DNA of 64,000 nucleotides from Anolis carolinensis (Eukaryota): assembly GCF_035594765.1 (NCBI RefSeq), contig NC_085841.1:227075326-227139325 (forward strand), given 5' to 3'. A program made the translations under genes and the position numbers. This document shows, piece by piece, positions 25,904 through 38,806 of the stretch; positions within the stretch are counted from its first letter, which is position 1, and each line of letters opens with the position of its first letter. A model generated the notes under the pieces. The model did not search any database. It saw only the letters and a program-made list of their open reading frames with translations, and was not told the origin of the DNA.

Positions 25904-26601
25904 CAGGGGTCCCCAAACTTTTGAAGCAGAGGGCCAGTCCACAATCCTTCAGACTGTTAAGGGACCAAATTATCATTTGAAAAAAAACAAAACAAATTCC
26001 TATGCATACTGCACATGTCTTATTTGTAGTGCAACAACAACAACAACAAAACAATACAATATTTAAAAATGAAAACAATTTTAACCAACATAAACTTATC
26101 AGGATTTCAATGGAAAGTGTGGGCCTGCTACTGGTCAATGAGATAGTGAAGTTAATTAGGATTGTTGTTGTTGCATGCCTTCAAGTCATTTCAGACTCTG
26201 GCCGAGCCTAAGTCTAAAATTAATTATTTATTTACTGCATTTATTTACTAGATTTATATCCCACCCTTCTCACCCCGAAGGGGACTCAGAGCAGCTGTAT
26301 GTACACACAATATATTATATTATTAGCATAACACAATATTAGCATTATATAATACTATATTGAACTATACCACTATACTATTATATAATATGTAATATAT
26401 AACATATAATTAATATTATTTTATGGTATTACTATCAGTATTATATTGTATAATATTATTATCAATATTATACGCATATACAATATATTATATTATTAAA
26501 ACTGATATAAAAATATTATATTATAAAACTGAGGGCGGGGGCCAGGTAAATGACCTTGGAGGGCCGCATCCGGCCCCCGGGCCTTAGTTTGGGGACCCCT
26601 G
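25904..26601. mobile_element. hAT (Charlie/OC1-like) MITE with AT-rich internal segment
   Basis: TIR CAGGGGTCCCCAAACT; perfect TSD GCTTAATG; paralogue at 48123-48499. Confidence 0.92.
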
Positions 26602-26719
26602 GCTTAATGCATAAAAAGATCAGCCAGTGTAGGCATGTTTGAATCACATCAAATCAGTATCTTACAAATGGGAAAATTAACATTCCTTCATAGTTCTAAA
26701 AGGATTTCTTCTTCTAATC

Positions 26720-27430
26720 TGGGGCGCATCCAGATAGCTCACAAAAAGTCCAAGCTCCCATGCTTTTACTTGGGATGTCCAAATGACGCCTCAGGTAAAA
26801 GTGAATTAATTTGGCACAAAACAGGAAAACCCTGCTTTGTGCTGAATTAATTAGGTACTGGATTACACTCAGGTCTTCCTGAAAGACCTTAGTCTAATCC
26901 AGTATGGCCACTGTTGGGACAGTCCTGGGACTTCTAAGGGTGAAGTCCGCACAGTCCACTTGTGTTTTCCAGCCTCCATAAGTCCAGAAAATGCAGAGAA
27001 CTGTAACCCCCTCCCCCAAAGCCTCAGAAAGCCTTAAAAACTAAACATTACTTACCCGGTTATTCCCCTGCTGCTGGCCCTCTCCTAGCATGTAGAAATG
27101 ATGTGCCAGGAGAAGAAGGGCCAGGAGTGATTTTCCTCCTGCCCCCTTCTCCTGGCACATCATTTCTACAAGTCAGGAGAGGGTCGGCAGCAGCATAATG
27201 ATGACCAGTTAAGTAATTTTAAGGCTTTTCCCGGGGGGTGGATTGCTGTTTGGGTGTTCTGCCAGAAGGTCCGGCAGGACTTTTGAACACCCCCAACCCC
27301 AGGACAGCACATGTTTTCTGCCTGTGTCAGATCAAACTTTTTTAAAGCCATGGTCAGACCAGAATTTTCCCCTGTGTGGAACTGGCGTTTGTCTCTGTTG
27401 AAACACTTCACCATTCTGTTTGTTTGCCCC
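26720..27430. mobile_element. Possible degenerate Harbinger-type non-autonomous element
   Basis: GGGGCGCATCCAGA start and CTGTTTGTTTGCCCC end; weak TIR match only. Confidence 0.3.
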
Positions 27431-27495
27431 AAATATGATAATATATGATTGAAATACATGACAAGCTGGAATGTGTCCAAATGACAGGAAAGGAG

Positions 27496-27700
27496 ATTTC
27501 ACCTGAACATTAGGAAGAACTTCCTACCTGTGAGAGTTGTTTTGCAATGAAATTCTCTGCCCCAGAATGTGGTGGAGATTCCTTCTTTGGAGGCTGGATG
27601 TTTATCTGTCGGGGGTGCTTTGAATATGATTTTTCTGCTTCTTGGCAGGAGGTTGGGCTGGATGGCCCACGAGGTCTCTTCCAATTCTATGATTCTATGA
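27496..27700 (+). mobile_element. CR1 LINE 3' fragment
   Basis: Encodes F.LNIRKNFLPVRVV; ends in (ATTCTATG)2. Confidence 0.85.
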
Positions 27701-28084
27701 GGTGGTATTTGAAGAACCAGAAGAAGGTCCAGACCAGGAAAGGCTGCTATGAAGGAACTCAATAATATTTTCAAGTTTGGTTGACTTCCCATCTGTGTTT
27801 TAGGATCTTTTTCATTCATTCCTTTATTGGTTTGTTCATAATTTTTCTTTTTTTTCTTTTTCTCTTTTTCTCTCTTTTCTCTTTTTCTTTGCTTTTTTCT
27901 TTCTACAAAAATAGTTGTTTTCCCACTTTCGATGTACTCACAACAGCAAAACAAATAAAAATTATTATAAAAAATATTTTCAAGTGTAAGTTTTATCATT
28001 AAATACCAAAATCATAATAATTTATGCCATAGTAATTCAGATTCCTATGTATGGTTGTGAAAGATAAATAGCGAAAAAGGCTTA

Positions 28085-28822
28085 CATGAAGCCCGACCTT
28101 CCTCTTCTTTAAGAAACTGTTAAAGACACATCTATGCACCTTAACGTATAGAGAGGAACAGGATTAACATAATGGGCACCTCTTAGCAGCTATGGTCTAA
28201 ATGAAACTACAACAAATGTCAAACATGTTCTGCAACTTGGTCATTAAATTCTGTATGGGTATACACTCACTATAGGAGCCTCCGGTGGCTCAGTGTGTTA
28301 AAGCGCTGAGCTGCTGAACATGCAGACCAAAAGGTCACAGGTTCAAACCCGGGGAGCGGAGTGAGCGCCTGCTGTTAGCTCCAGCTTCTGCCAACCTAGC
28401 AGTTCAAAAACATGCAAATGTGAGTAGATCAATAGGTACCGCTCTGGTAGGAAGGTAATGGCGTTCCATGCAGTAATGCTGACCACATGACCTTGGAGGT
28501 GTCTACGGACAATGCTGGCTCTTCGGCTTAGAAATGGAGATGAGCACCAACCCCCAGAGTCGGACACCACTGGACTTAACCTCAGGGGAAACCATTACCT
28601 TTACCTTATACACTCGCTTTGTGCAATAATGTTTTTATTGACTGTTATGTTTAAATTTATTGTTTTTTTCTAATTTGGAATTTTTATTATAATGAGTATG
28701 TTATCGTCATTTTATACTTTTTGATATTAAGTGAAGTAGTTGTAGCATTGAATGTTTGCCATTTTATATGTATGTTAACCGCCCCGAGTCCCTCTGGGGA
28801 CAGAGGGCAGTCTAGAAATAAA

Positions 28823-28876
<54 letters not shown>
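28085..28876 (+). mobile_element. L2 3' fragment interrupted by a Sauria SINE
   Basis: Encodes APTFLFFKKLLKTHL; tail AACCGCCCCGAGTCCC...AATAAA(GAT)n. Confidence 0.65.
28275..28606 (+). mobile_element. Sauria SINE, full length
   Basis: A/B boxes, ACCTTTACC tail; flanking repeat TATACACTCAC / TATACACTCGC. Confidence 0.92.
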
Positions 28877-28877
<1 letters not shown>

Positions 28878-29227
28878 GACTCAGCTGAAATCTACTGCTA
28901 GAGGAAAGTTCTGTGGACACCATGAATTGCAAGAAGATGAATAAATAGCCCCAGATAGACTAAACCTGAATTTTCTACAGATACCAAAATAATTAAACTA
29001 TTGTAGTTTTGACATGTGATTGGAAAAGACAATAATGTTTGTTAAAGTGGAAGGCAATAAGAAGTCTACACAGTGACACAAAATTTGCATAGGGTTGATG
29101 TAAATCAAAGTCACCTTGATGGCAACAACAGCAAACTAGTAAGGAATTTATTTAATTTTAAACAAAGAATCTGTCCTTTTATGACTGAAATCCATTAAAC
29201 AGAATTTTGAGCTTTTTCATACTTTTT

Positions 29228-29290
29228 GCAGGGGGTTGGACAGGATAGCCCGCGAGGTCTCTTCCAACGCTACAATTCTATGATTCTATG
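29228..29290 (+). mobile_element. CR1 3' tail
   Basis: GGTCTCTTCCAAC...(ATTCTATG)2; similar tails at 37190-37250 and 49625-49670. Confidence 0.75.
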
Positions 29291-29890
29291 TGAGTGGTTG
29301 TTGCCTTTCCTTGTTATAACCACCCCCTTCCCTAATAAACTGTATTCCTATATTTCCATATTTGGATACACTGGTTTAGAAGGGAATTTTCCATTATGTG
29401 CAAGACTGATAATCCATTCCACATGTTACTAGGACATTCACATTTTCTGAAGTTATGAGCTTCTGTAGCTTTGTGTAAGACAGTCCAACACACCCTTTGT
29501 ATTTATATTTCAATAAATTGGCTATAAGGTGGAATTAGAATTGCTTCATATTGCTGAAGAGTCTAAGAAAGTGGTTTGCTTTATAGTAACAGTTGTTCCC
29601 TTTACCTTGCAGGAGGCCCCAATACATGGAGAACAAGAGATGGAGAAAGACTACTGTACCTTCAAGTCAACTCTCACTGGTTGCAATCCTGTAATAAGAT
29701 TTTTTTTCTACCAAATTCATTCAGCCGTCTTCAGAAGCTGAGAACCTGTGACTTGCCCAAAGTCACCCAGTGAGTTTCCATATCGGATCAAGGATCCATT
29801 CTCCTGAAGTCTTTGTCCAGTTCTCATACCACTATGCTGGTATACCCTCCAAGCTGCCTTCATCATTGACAATAGTGTGTATATGTACAC

Positions 29891-30668
29891 TAGAGGTGTG
29901 CACTAAAATGTTTCCTTCGTGCTGTCATTTTGTTTTCTTTTCTTACTGACAGATGGCTTCTGCTTTGCTTTCCCACTACAGCGGATGTGTATGTACCGAT
30001 GAGTGTTAATAATAATATTAATATAAATAACTATAGTTATTCTGGCATCCTAAACTGAGTCTGAAAGAGGAGTGCCTCCCAATTACATCCAATGTGTCTC
30101 AATGGGTCTTGATGGTAATATTTATTCTGGCACCCTAAGCTGAGTCTGGGAGGGCAGTTCCTCCCAATTCCAGCCGATGTGGATCGATGGGTCTCGATGA
30201 TAATATTTACATTAATATTTAGGACAATGTTTATTCTGGCACCCTAAGCCGAGTCTGGGATAGCAGTGCCTAGCCTACCAATTACATCCAATGTCAATAA
30301 ATGGGTCTTGATAATAAGAATAATATTAATAACAATAGTACCCTGGGGAAGACCCAAACATTTTAAACGTTGGTAGGCTAAAAGGGGTCGAAATGCCATC
30401 CATGTGTGGTCATCCATTTGCCATCCATTTTCACCCCTCTAGCCCAAAAACCGAGCAGGGTGTGTGTGTGGGGGGGGGGGAGGTGAGCCTCAGAAGCCCT
30501 CCCATTGCAGACAATGGTCCAAAAATTTTCATTTTTTTTCGTAAGCTAGATGAAAAATTGTGTCGTATAGGTGGCCCATTTTGTTAGCGGGACACAAATA
30601 CAAAAATAGGACAACACAAATGAAACTGCACAAAATGAACAGCAATTCTATATAAATGTAAACCTCGA
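29891..30668. mobile_element. Non-autonomous hAT (TAGAG/TAGGG-end group) with internal tandem repeat
   Basis: TAGAGGTGTGCA / TGTAAACCTCGA; perfect TSD ATGTACAC (29883-29890, 30669-30676). Confidence 0.75.
30038..30320. repeat. Three imperfect units of about 84 bp
   Basis: TTATTCTGGCA(C/T)CCTAA...CCAATT.CA.CC.ATGT...ATGGGTCT(T/C)GAT at 30038, 30122 and 30231. Confidence 0.85.
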
Positions 30669-33430
30669 ATGTACACATGAAAGAGAATTCAGACATTGTA
30701 TTGGGACCTTTCAAGCTGTGTAAATGTTGGTTGCAGAGCCATGTGACCTAATTCCACCATTTGGCAACATGTCTGGGGCCCATCCTTAGGTAAGAAAGGG
30801 TCTCCTAGCTTACCCATAAGGGTTCCTTGCACAGTTAGGAAACTCTTTTGTGTGGAGAAGCTCTACACATAAACGATAGGATGGCATGGGCACTAGGTGA
30901 AGGGAGACATTTGTGTAAACTTGCTTGTATAATCCTGCATACCCATATGTTCTTTGAGAGGGCTCATCTAATCCTCCCTGTAACTTGGCATTCAAGACAT
31001 TTCCTTGCTAATTCCAAATCTCCCAAATAATCCAAGCAAGTTGCAATTCTAAATAACATGATCATATTTATTTTTCTCCCCCAAATGTCAAAAATTTACT
31101 AAATTACACAAGAGCAGCCAAAAGCAAATTCCCACAGGCAGCCCTCTTGACATCTTTTTAAACCTTTAAAAATGACTTTTGGCCTATGTTTCAAATGTTT
31201 AGTTTAATGGTTTATGAAGCAAAGTTACAGTGAAGGCAAATGTTAAAAGAAAAGAAGCTGCCCTAGCAAACAGCGTGGATTGCAGCAGCACTATGCTAAT
31301 TTGATAAATCAACAACAAACTACTTTTAATTAGCAAGGTTAGATTAATAACAGAATTCTTCCTTCTTAAAGACCCTGGGATTTTATTGGCCTAATACTGC
31401 AATAGGATATTTATTCTTGAGAATTCATTGCATTATGAAAGATTTAGGAAGTATCCTTTTTCATGGTATACTACACTCCTTCTAGACTCTGACATTATTG
31501 GCTTGTAGGTAAACTATTGCTTCCTTTGCTGCATGACTTGAACTTTCACACATTTAGCCCGAAGCTTCAACTAAGTCTGACATCAGCCTCCTGGCACTTA
31601 AGCTTATAATAGCTCAATGTACATGGTAACATTTCTGCAGTTCTCATTTTAGGCAAGCTATTTGTATTTGTACAGCATATGCATTTAAGGAAGGGGATCA
31701 AGCTCCATGGGCAATAAATCACCTAGTGCACTGATATTTTCAGTGAATAAAATATAAGATCTAATGGCAGAAGTCAATGAAAGTTATTGCTACCTTTTTC
31801 ATGAATCAAAGATTATGGTGTAGTAGGATAATAATTAAATACATCTAAGTGTGGGATTACTTGGTTTGCTGAACATATGTGGATACTAGAGGGAAAACTG
31901 AAGACATCATTCAGTACATGGGTCAAATGTACCCGTCACTAACTTACAGCTAGAAATGGGCTGTATCACCAAGCATCCAACCTATCATACATCTTCAGTG
32001 TGGACACTTTCAGGGATCTGGAAGAGGCATTGGAGGATTTGTAAAATGCAACCAGATAAATGTATGTACGTATTTCTTTACATTCTATCCTGCCTTTCTC
32101 TTGGCAAGTGAACCTAAAAGGCTTGCAACATAGGTTATCTCAAAATATGGCTAAAAAAATCTAATAATATTTTTAGGAAAAATAAGAAATAATATTTAAA
32201 CATTTTAAAGCACAACTAAAGATTTTTAAAGCGTAAATATTAATACACATTGTAGCCTATTAAACTCCTTTCTATCATAATAAGTGTTCCCATGTTTTCA
32301 AAATAACAGTAAAAGACAACTGAAATTTATGTCGTATAGGGTTGTGAGGAAGTACGTATTAAGAAGTTTGTTTTGTACCTACATATTAAACAAATGTATT
32401 GCAGTTAGATTCACTATGTATTTCTCTGAAATATTACCACATTATTTGCATTCATAAAGTGGCCGTGAGTGGAAAATGTTTAAGAAGCCTTGCTTTAGAC
32501 TGCCTGCATTTTGAGGTGGGTTTTAAGCTCTACGTGATTTTTTATCTGATCATCAATCAATCGAGATATGGGTTTTACTATATCTTTAAAAAGACCACTA
32601 TCTGCCATCAAGCATAACTAAGGAGGTATTCCTTACATGAGAAATTCATGGGGCCACCATAAGTCGATAGGAAACTTGAAGGCACACACCACAGAGAAGC
32701 TCATCACACCTGATACATTTCTTCAAGATAATGGGCTTTCTCCATGACACTGGGCACCATGACAAGGCAGCTGTGGTACACAGTTTCTTGAAACAGAAAC
32801 AAAAAATTTTGGCCCATTATTTCATCATCCATTATTCCATATGAACTCACTTTTTACACTTTCTTTTTTTCTTTTCAATACCTAATATGGCCTGATATTG
32901 GTAAAATACAATAGGGAGTTTGTAACACAAGGATACATTTCAAATTGAGCCCAGATTTCTAAAAAATCTTTTTTCTTTTTTGCTTGGATATCACTGCTGG
33001 TTATTGGATAGTTGGAAAAGATTTCTGTCCTGCTCAAGAATCTTAAAAGTGAATTGTGATTGAGTGAGTTAGACTTATGCTATTATAGTTCAGGAACAGG
33101 ATACTAGCTGATACATTTGACATATCATTTAATGTGTTATTCTAACAAGTAACTTTTCAAGATCCAGTTTTTGTGCAAACAATCAACGTAGCATGCTCTC
33201 CTCCCACTTTTGGTCTTGCCCACTTGAAGGCTTTGGACTGGCTGCCACAGTTGGCATATGACCCTGGAAAGGAAACCATGACAGAATTAGTTCTTGACCC
33301 ACAACTGTTAGAGCAATATACAAAGAAAGTGCAGTCCTACAGTTTACTCCATTTATACTTTCTGCATTCTCTAAGGCAGAGATCATCATCTCAGTGCACT
33401 ATACATGTTTGGATTATAATTCCTATAGTC

Positions 33431-33781
33431 CAGTGTTTCTCAAACTTTGGGCCATGAGAACGAAAATTCGATCCGCAAACCTCCTTCCTCTTTATTTATT
33501 TATTTTATTTTATTAATTTTATTTCTGCTTCTTTCTGCAGAGCTGACCATTGCATCGGACAGACCACATCAGCTCTAGATTATGAAATATGGTTTTCTAT
33601 GGAAAAGTAGATGGCAACTACTGGTTCTGTATCAGAAACTAGAACTGATGTGGTCTATCCAATGCAATTTTCTGAATCATCACCCAAAATAATCAAACCA
33701 AATCTAAAGTTGACCAAAAACTGATTGGAGAGTGGTCTCTGGTCAAGTGGGCCCTGGTCAAAAAAAGGTTGGCCACCACTG
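33431..33781. mobile_element. hAT (Charlie-like) MITE
   Basis: CAGTGTTTCTCAAAC / GGTTGGCCACCACTG; perfect TSD CTATAGTC. Confidence 0.85.
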
Positions 33782-35474
33782 CTATAGTCCTTGGGCACTA
33801 GCCCTGTAGCCTGAGATTTATAAAAATTGAAATTTTTATTTGTGTTCAAAGATAATTTAAGGATTAATTGGTTACTGATAGCATTCTTGTGTGATAATTA
33901 TTCTGAATTTGTTAGCATTATGGTTATGTGTTAAAATGGTTTTACACTTTTTGAAATTTAATAGCGTTTTTCTCCAACAATTAACAATTGTTATAAGCTT
34001 TTTATTATATATTTTGGCTTATCTTGGTTTAGCCTTTTGCAAGCTGCCTTGGGGCCCCTTGCTAGGAGAAAGATGTCCTGTAAAAAAACAAGTAAACAAT
34101 ATTTTATAACATCTGGAGGGTTGCACACCTTTTTTCTAAAATCAGAAAGAGTTACCTGGCCCCAGTTTAAGCAGTTTTCTCAATGTGAAAAATAATATAG
34201 TTCAGTATTTCTGCTGTCACAAGAAAGAATGTCATCTTACATCTATATCAACAACATTCACTGGTGCGTTCCTTTCATACCTCATGTATGTTTGGGACTC
34301 CTTACATATTTGTCAAATTCCAATTTCTTTCTCTCCAGGCAACAGAGAGTTGAGGCCTTTGACAGGTATCAGCAGGGCATTTTGCAAAGCCAATTAAAGG
34401 AAGGTGAGACATGTTTACAAAAAGGATGCCCCTTTCAACAAGGCTACTTGAGAGAGTGTTTTTTTTCCTCCCTTCGGGTTCATTTTCTCACAGTCCTCAA
34501 TAAGAAAGGCAATTAACAAAGAAAATCAAATATGTTAAACTAATAGCAATAATTAACAATTAATTTAACAATTCATTTCAAAATGAAAAGTCATAGCACA
34601 AGGCATGACTATGGTAAGATTATTTTTGCATGACTTGAGATGTTAAGAATGTATTGTATTAATTACCAACCTCCCTAATAATTTTTTTAAGACAGGAGAA
34701 ACCTGTCAAGCCATTAAAAGAGTAGAGAGCGTCCATACCTGTGCTGTTTCCCTCACACCATGTACATTTCATCACCAAAGACTTGTCGGCTGAATGTTCC
34801 ATTAGGGCTTTTGGTCTATGTGTCAGCGTATGACTGCCAGAGAGTTGTCATCAGAACCTTAGACCTAGTTACCTACAAGTACATGCTGTAGATTGTCGAC
34901 ACCATTCAGGGAATATGTGTTACTAGTGTTAGAGAGGAAGAAACCTATTCTGGGACTGTCACTCATTCTCAATGTCAAGATATTTGAAAAAGAGGACAGG
35001 AGAATACTCCCAACACATTATTAATTCCACTCTTCTGTGACATGCATTATGGGAGTTTCACTATCTGTTCTGAAGAAACTGGAAATGGTCACCAGACAAT
35101 AATCTGTCAGTAACATCTCTGATGGGACAACGGCCCATCCATTTCCCATGAGCTGCTGCTCAGACAACAACACTGCAATGCATTGAAGTATTCTAGGGGC
35201 AGTTTATTCTCTCTGTGAAAAGGAAATGTCCTCATTTTGGACATCAACTGACAGCTTGCTTTAAATAAGGGTTGTAAAGTTGGTGATGTGTGTCTGACTT
35301 GCAACCTGGTCTTCACCTTTAGTGCAAACATCGTATACATTTTCTAAACTATATTGACATTTATGTAGAGTTCAACAAACTCTGCCACCTATGACTATAA
35401 AGGATGCTTCTAAAGGGGATACTATATATGGATACTAAAATGTTTTAAAATTAAATTTCTTGAAAACAACTATT

Positions 35475-35603
35475 NNNNNNNNNNNNNNNNNNNNNNNNNN
35501 NNNNNNNNNNNNNNNNNNNNNNNNNNNNNNNNNNNNNNNNNNNNNNNNNNNNNNNNNNNNNNNNNNNNNNNNNNNNNNNNNNNNNNNNNNNNNNNNNNNN
35601 NNN
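35475..35603. other. Assembly gap
   Basis: Run of N. Confidence 1.
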
Positions 35604-36021
35604 GCCAGTGTTGCAGCAATGGAAAAAAATTGTTTATTTAAATATTCCTTCTACAATGCTTAGTTGAAATGTAATGGGGTGGAAAGGCTAGGAATGGTAT
35701 TTTGGAAAACATGATCTTTCCTTTCAGTTTTCAACATTTTTCCACCCATTTGTGAAAGTTTGCAATATTACACATAAGGATGTGGGTGCTGGATAAGATG
35801 GATTGTATCTTTCTCATCAAGGGAACCAGGCTGATCCAGTTGTATGCAGTTGTGTAGTAGAATCATTGTGCCTGTTTGGATGAGCAACTCAAATCCTTAC
35901 TATTCTTCCCCCTTGCCTTAAAACATCACAGAGGAACCTTCCCAGATTCTTCATGTGGAACTGATCAGCTCAAGATCATTTCTGTGGAAATATGGTCTAA
36001 GGGCTACAAACATAGCATAAA

Positions 36022-36163
36022 AAGGTAAAGGTTTCCCCTGACGTTAAGCCCAGTCATATCTGACACTGGGGATTGGTGCTCATCTCCATTTCTAAGCCAA
36101 AGAGCCGGCGTTGTCCGTAGACACCTCCAAGGTCATGTGGCCGGCATGACTGCATGGAGCGCC
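36022..36163 (-). mobile_element. Sauria SINE, 3' half
   Basis: AAGGTAAAGG tail and body. Confidence 0.85.
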
Positions 36164-37339
36164 GGTGTGTTAAATATGGAGGATCTGTGCCTTATCTCAA
36201 GGATGAAGAAAATACAGCCTGGGGATTTCCTGTGGTTCTTGAACCCCACTTTTACATCCCCCAAGCCCAGTGCTCCCAACTAACTCCACTAGGGCCAATT
36301 TTGGGTCAGACTTTTCAATTGAAAAAAGAGTTTTTAAAGGAAAGAAAACTCTTCACAAATGCAAGCATTTGTCTTTTCCCCCTCCAATCCCCAAACTAAA
36401 GTGGCAATGGGAAGAGATGCTTGATCGCTTTGGATGTGACCTAATGTGCAAGTGTAGCCCCATCCTTGTCCTATGTATGACAGTCCTAAGTATGCAATAC
36501 ATTACACCTTTATTCACAGTGTCAACCTCTGAAGCATTGTTCAAAAACACAGTGTTGCTTTGTGCTTAAACAAGCAACTTGCCTAAATTACAGCCAGATC
36601 ATAATGGAAATGTATAAGACCTATAAACTATTTTCATTTTCTGCTTTTTTTTTAAAGAAGCATTGTAGGCCTAATGTTATATACATAATAGATGGGAATG
36701 GCTCCAAACCAATTCATTGCATAATCACCTAATTAATACAATCTGTAATAATTAAAAATCCTTTGGAGAATTTGAGAAAACATTTCACTGTGCATGTGCT
36801 GTTGATAATTTTAAGACTCAATGTCTCATCTGTTTGCTTATTTTTAATTTGGTCTTCCAAATTGCCAGCAGCCTGATTACTGTCTTGTGGGCCACTCACA
36901 AATTTCCTTTCTAAAATGGAAAGAGGGAGACAGACCTCTGTATATCAGTCCAATACAATGGCTGAATGTTGTATCAATTGTTTTAGGTGGAGCAAGAGCA
37001 AGATGTGGGTTTACACCAAGAGATTGCCCCCATGTCAGGTGATATTTATGGTGTAGTGGGTACGAAACAAAATACACTGAACTATTTTTATGAAAGTGTA
37101 TTCCTATATGCAAGAAGTGATCTCTCTCCTTACTTCGTTTGTCTTGAGAATAGTACCTCTCCATGATATAAAGGACTGTCTTAGGAAGATTTGCAGGGGG
37201 TTGGACTAGATGGCCCATATGGTCTCTTCCAACTCTATGGTTCTAAGATTTGCAAAAATACACCATTTGTTTATGGGGAAAACATAGGAAAGGTTGGAAT
37301 AGAATGAGTTTGGTAAAGAATGAGCATGTTCAGATAGCA

Positions 37340-38165
37340 CAGAATGCTAATTAGTTGTTGAGGAGAAATAGGATGGAAAACAAGGATGGTGGAAATGGAA
37401 TAAAATAGCACTACAACAAACTAATACACAGAAGCTTAAAGAAGAATGGAAACCATTTATTGAATTAATGGGAAACAAGAGGAAGATGACCACAGTAGGA
37501 TTTGTGGACTAAAATAACACAAACAGTATATAGACAATTGTGTACTATTAGCATATTGTATATTTAAGAAACTCTAGAGGCCTTAGATAATTGATTTAAT
37601 AGTACGTTCTAATTTGAACAGAAATTATTGTAAGCCTTGTTATTTAGATATTTTAGAAGGAAATACAGTTATACAAATACATCATTTTTCTGAAGTGTTA
37701 AAAGAGATGAACATATGAAAATGTAATATAGTGAAGTCTATAATATTAATTCGCTAACAAAGGAAACTGATTTCCCTGGATTTATAGGGAAACAATTTAA
37801 ACTAGAAAAATACATACAAAGAACTGGAAAATAATATTGAAAGAGTACTGGAAATGAGAAGATATTACAACAAGAATGTATCTGCTTTGCTATACAGGAC
37901 ATTTGGAACTTTTAAAATTATCAATGATGTGTACAATAATACATGTTTGAAAGACATGGATGTTACAACTAATATGTGTATGTGTGTGTGTGTGTGTGTG
38001 TGTATTATATTACCAAACAAGATATTTATATAACTCGAATCTACTAAGTCGAGCTCCACAACCACACCCTCACACCCACTTTAATTTTTATCTTTTTTAT
38101 GTGTGTAAACAATTTTATGTTTCTATTTCTATTTTTTTTAATAACCTATTACCCAAAAAAGTATG
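37340..38165 (+). mobile_element. Possible degenerate L1 3' end
   Basis: KEEWKPFIEL-like remnant at 37438-37470 followed by an AT-rich UTR-like tract. Confidence 0.3.
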
Positions 38166-38192
38166 TTTTTAGCATGTCTATTACTTTGAATA

Positions 38193-38340
38193 GTAATGGC
38201 ACTCCATGCAGTCATGCCAGCCACATGACGTTGGAGGTGTCTACGGACAGCGCCGGCTCTTTGGCTTAGAAATGGAGATGAGCACCAACCCCCAGAGTCG
38301 GTTACGACTGGACTTAACGTCAGGGGAAAACCTTTACTTA
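38193..38340 (+). mobile_element. Sauria SINE, 3' half
   Basis: Matches 28456-28600. Confidence 0.85.
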
Positions 38341-38492
38341 TTATTTTGAAAGAAATTGAAAGTTTTAAAATCTTTTCAGAAATACTACTGAACGTACCAT
38401 ATTCATGGAGTCCATTAATTTCCTTAAGGGCAGACTTGAATTGTGTGAAGAATTATTTCACGCTATGTGCAACATTTTCCATTATTCATTCT

Positions 38493-38806
38493 CAAGTTGA
38501 GTATTCCTTATCTGGAATTCTGCAAACCAAAATAATCTAGAATTGGGAACATGGGTGGCAGCGATTGTGACATATTTATTTTCTGATGGTTCAATGTACA
38601 CAAAAGTTGTTTCATGCACAAAATTATAAGAATATTGTGTATAAAATTACCTTAACATGTGTATAAGGTTTATATGAAACATTAATGAATTTGATGGGGT
38701 TTCTGTCTTTGAAATATCTCATTATGTACATGTATACAAAGGCAGGTAATCTAAACCCCACAACACGTCCACTACAAAGCATTTGGGATGAGAGATACTC
38801 AACTTG
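38493..38806. mobile_element. Tigger-like MITE (old)
   Basis: TIRs CAAGTTGAGTAT / ATACTCAACTTG. Confidence 0.65.

Noticed and set aside
30038-30320. CRISPR-like spaced repeats (also 62723-62930)
   Set aside because: Whole units repeat without unique spacers, the context is eukaryotic, and there are no cas genes
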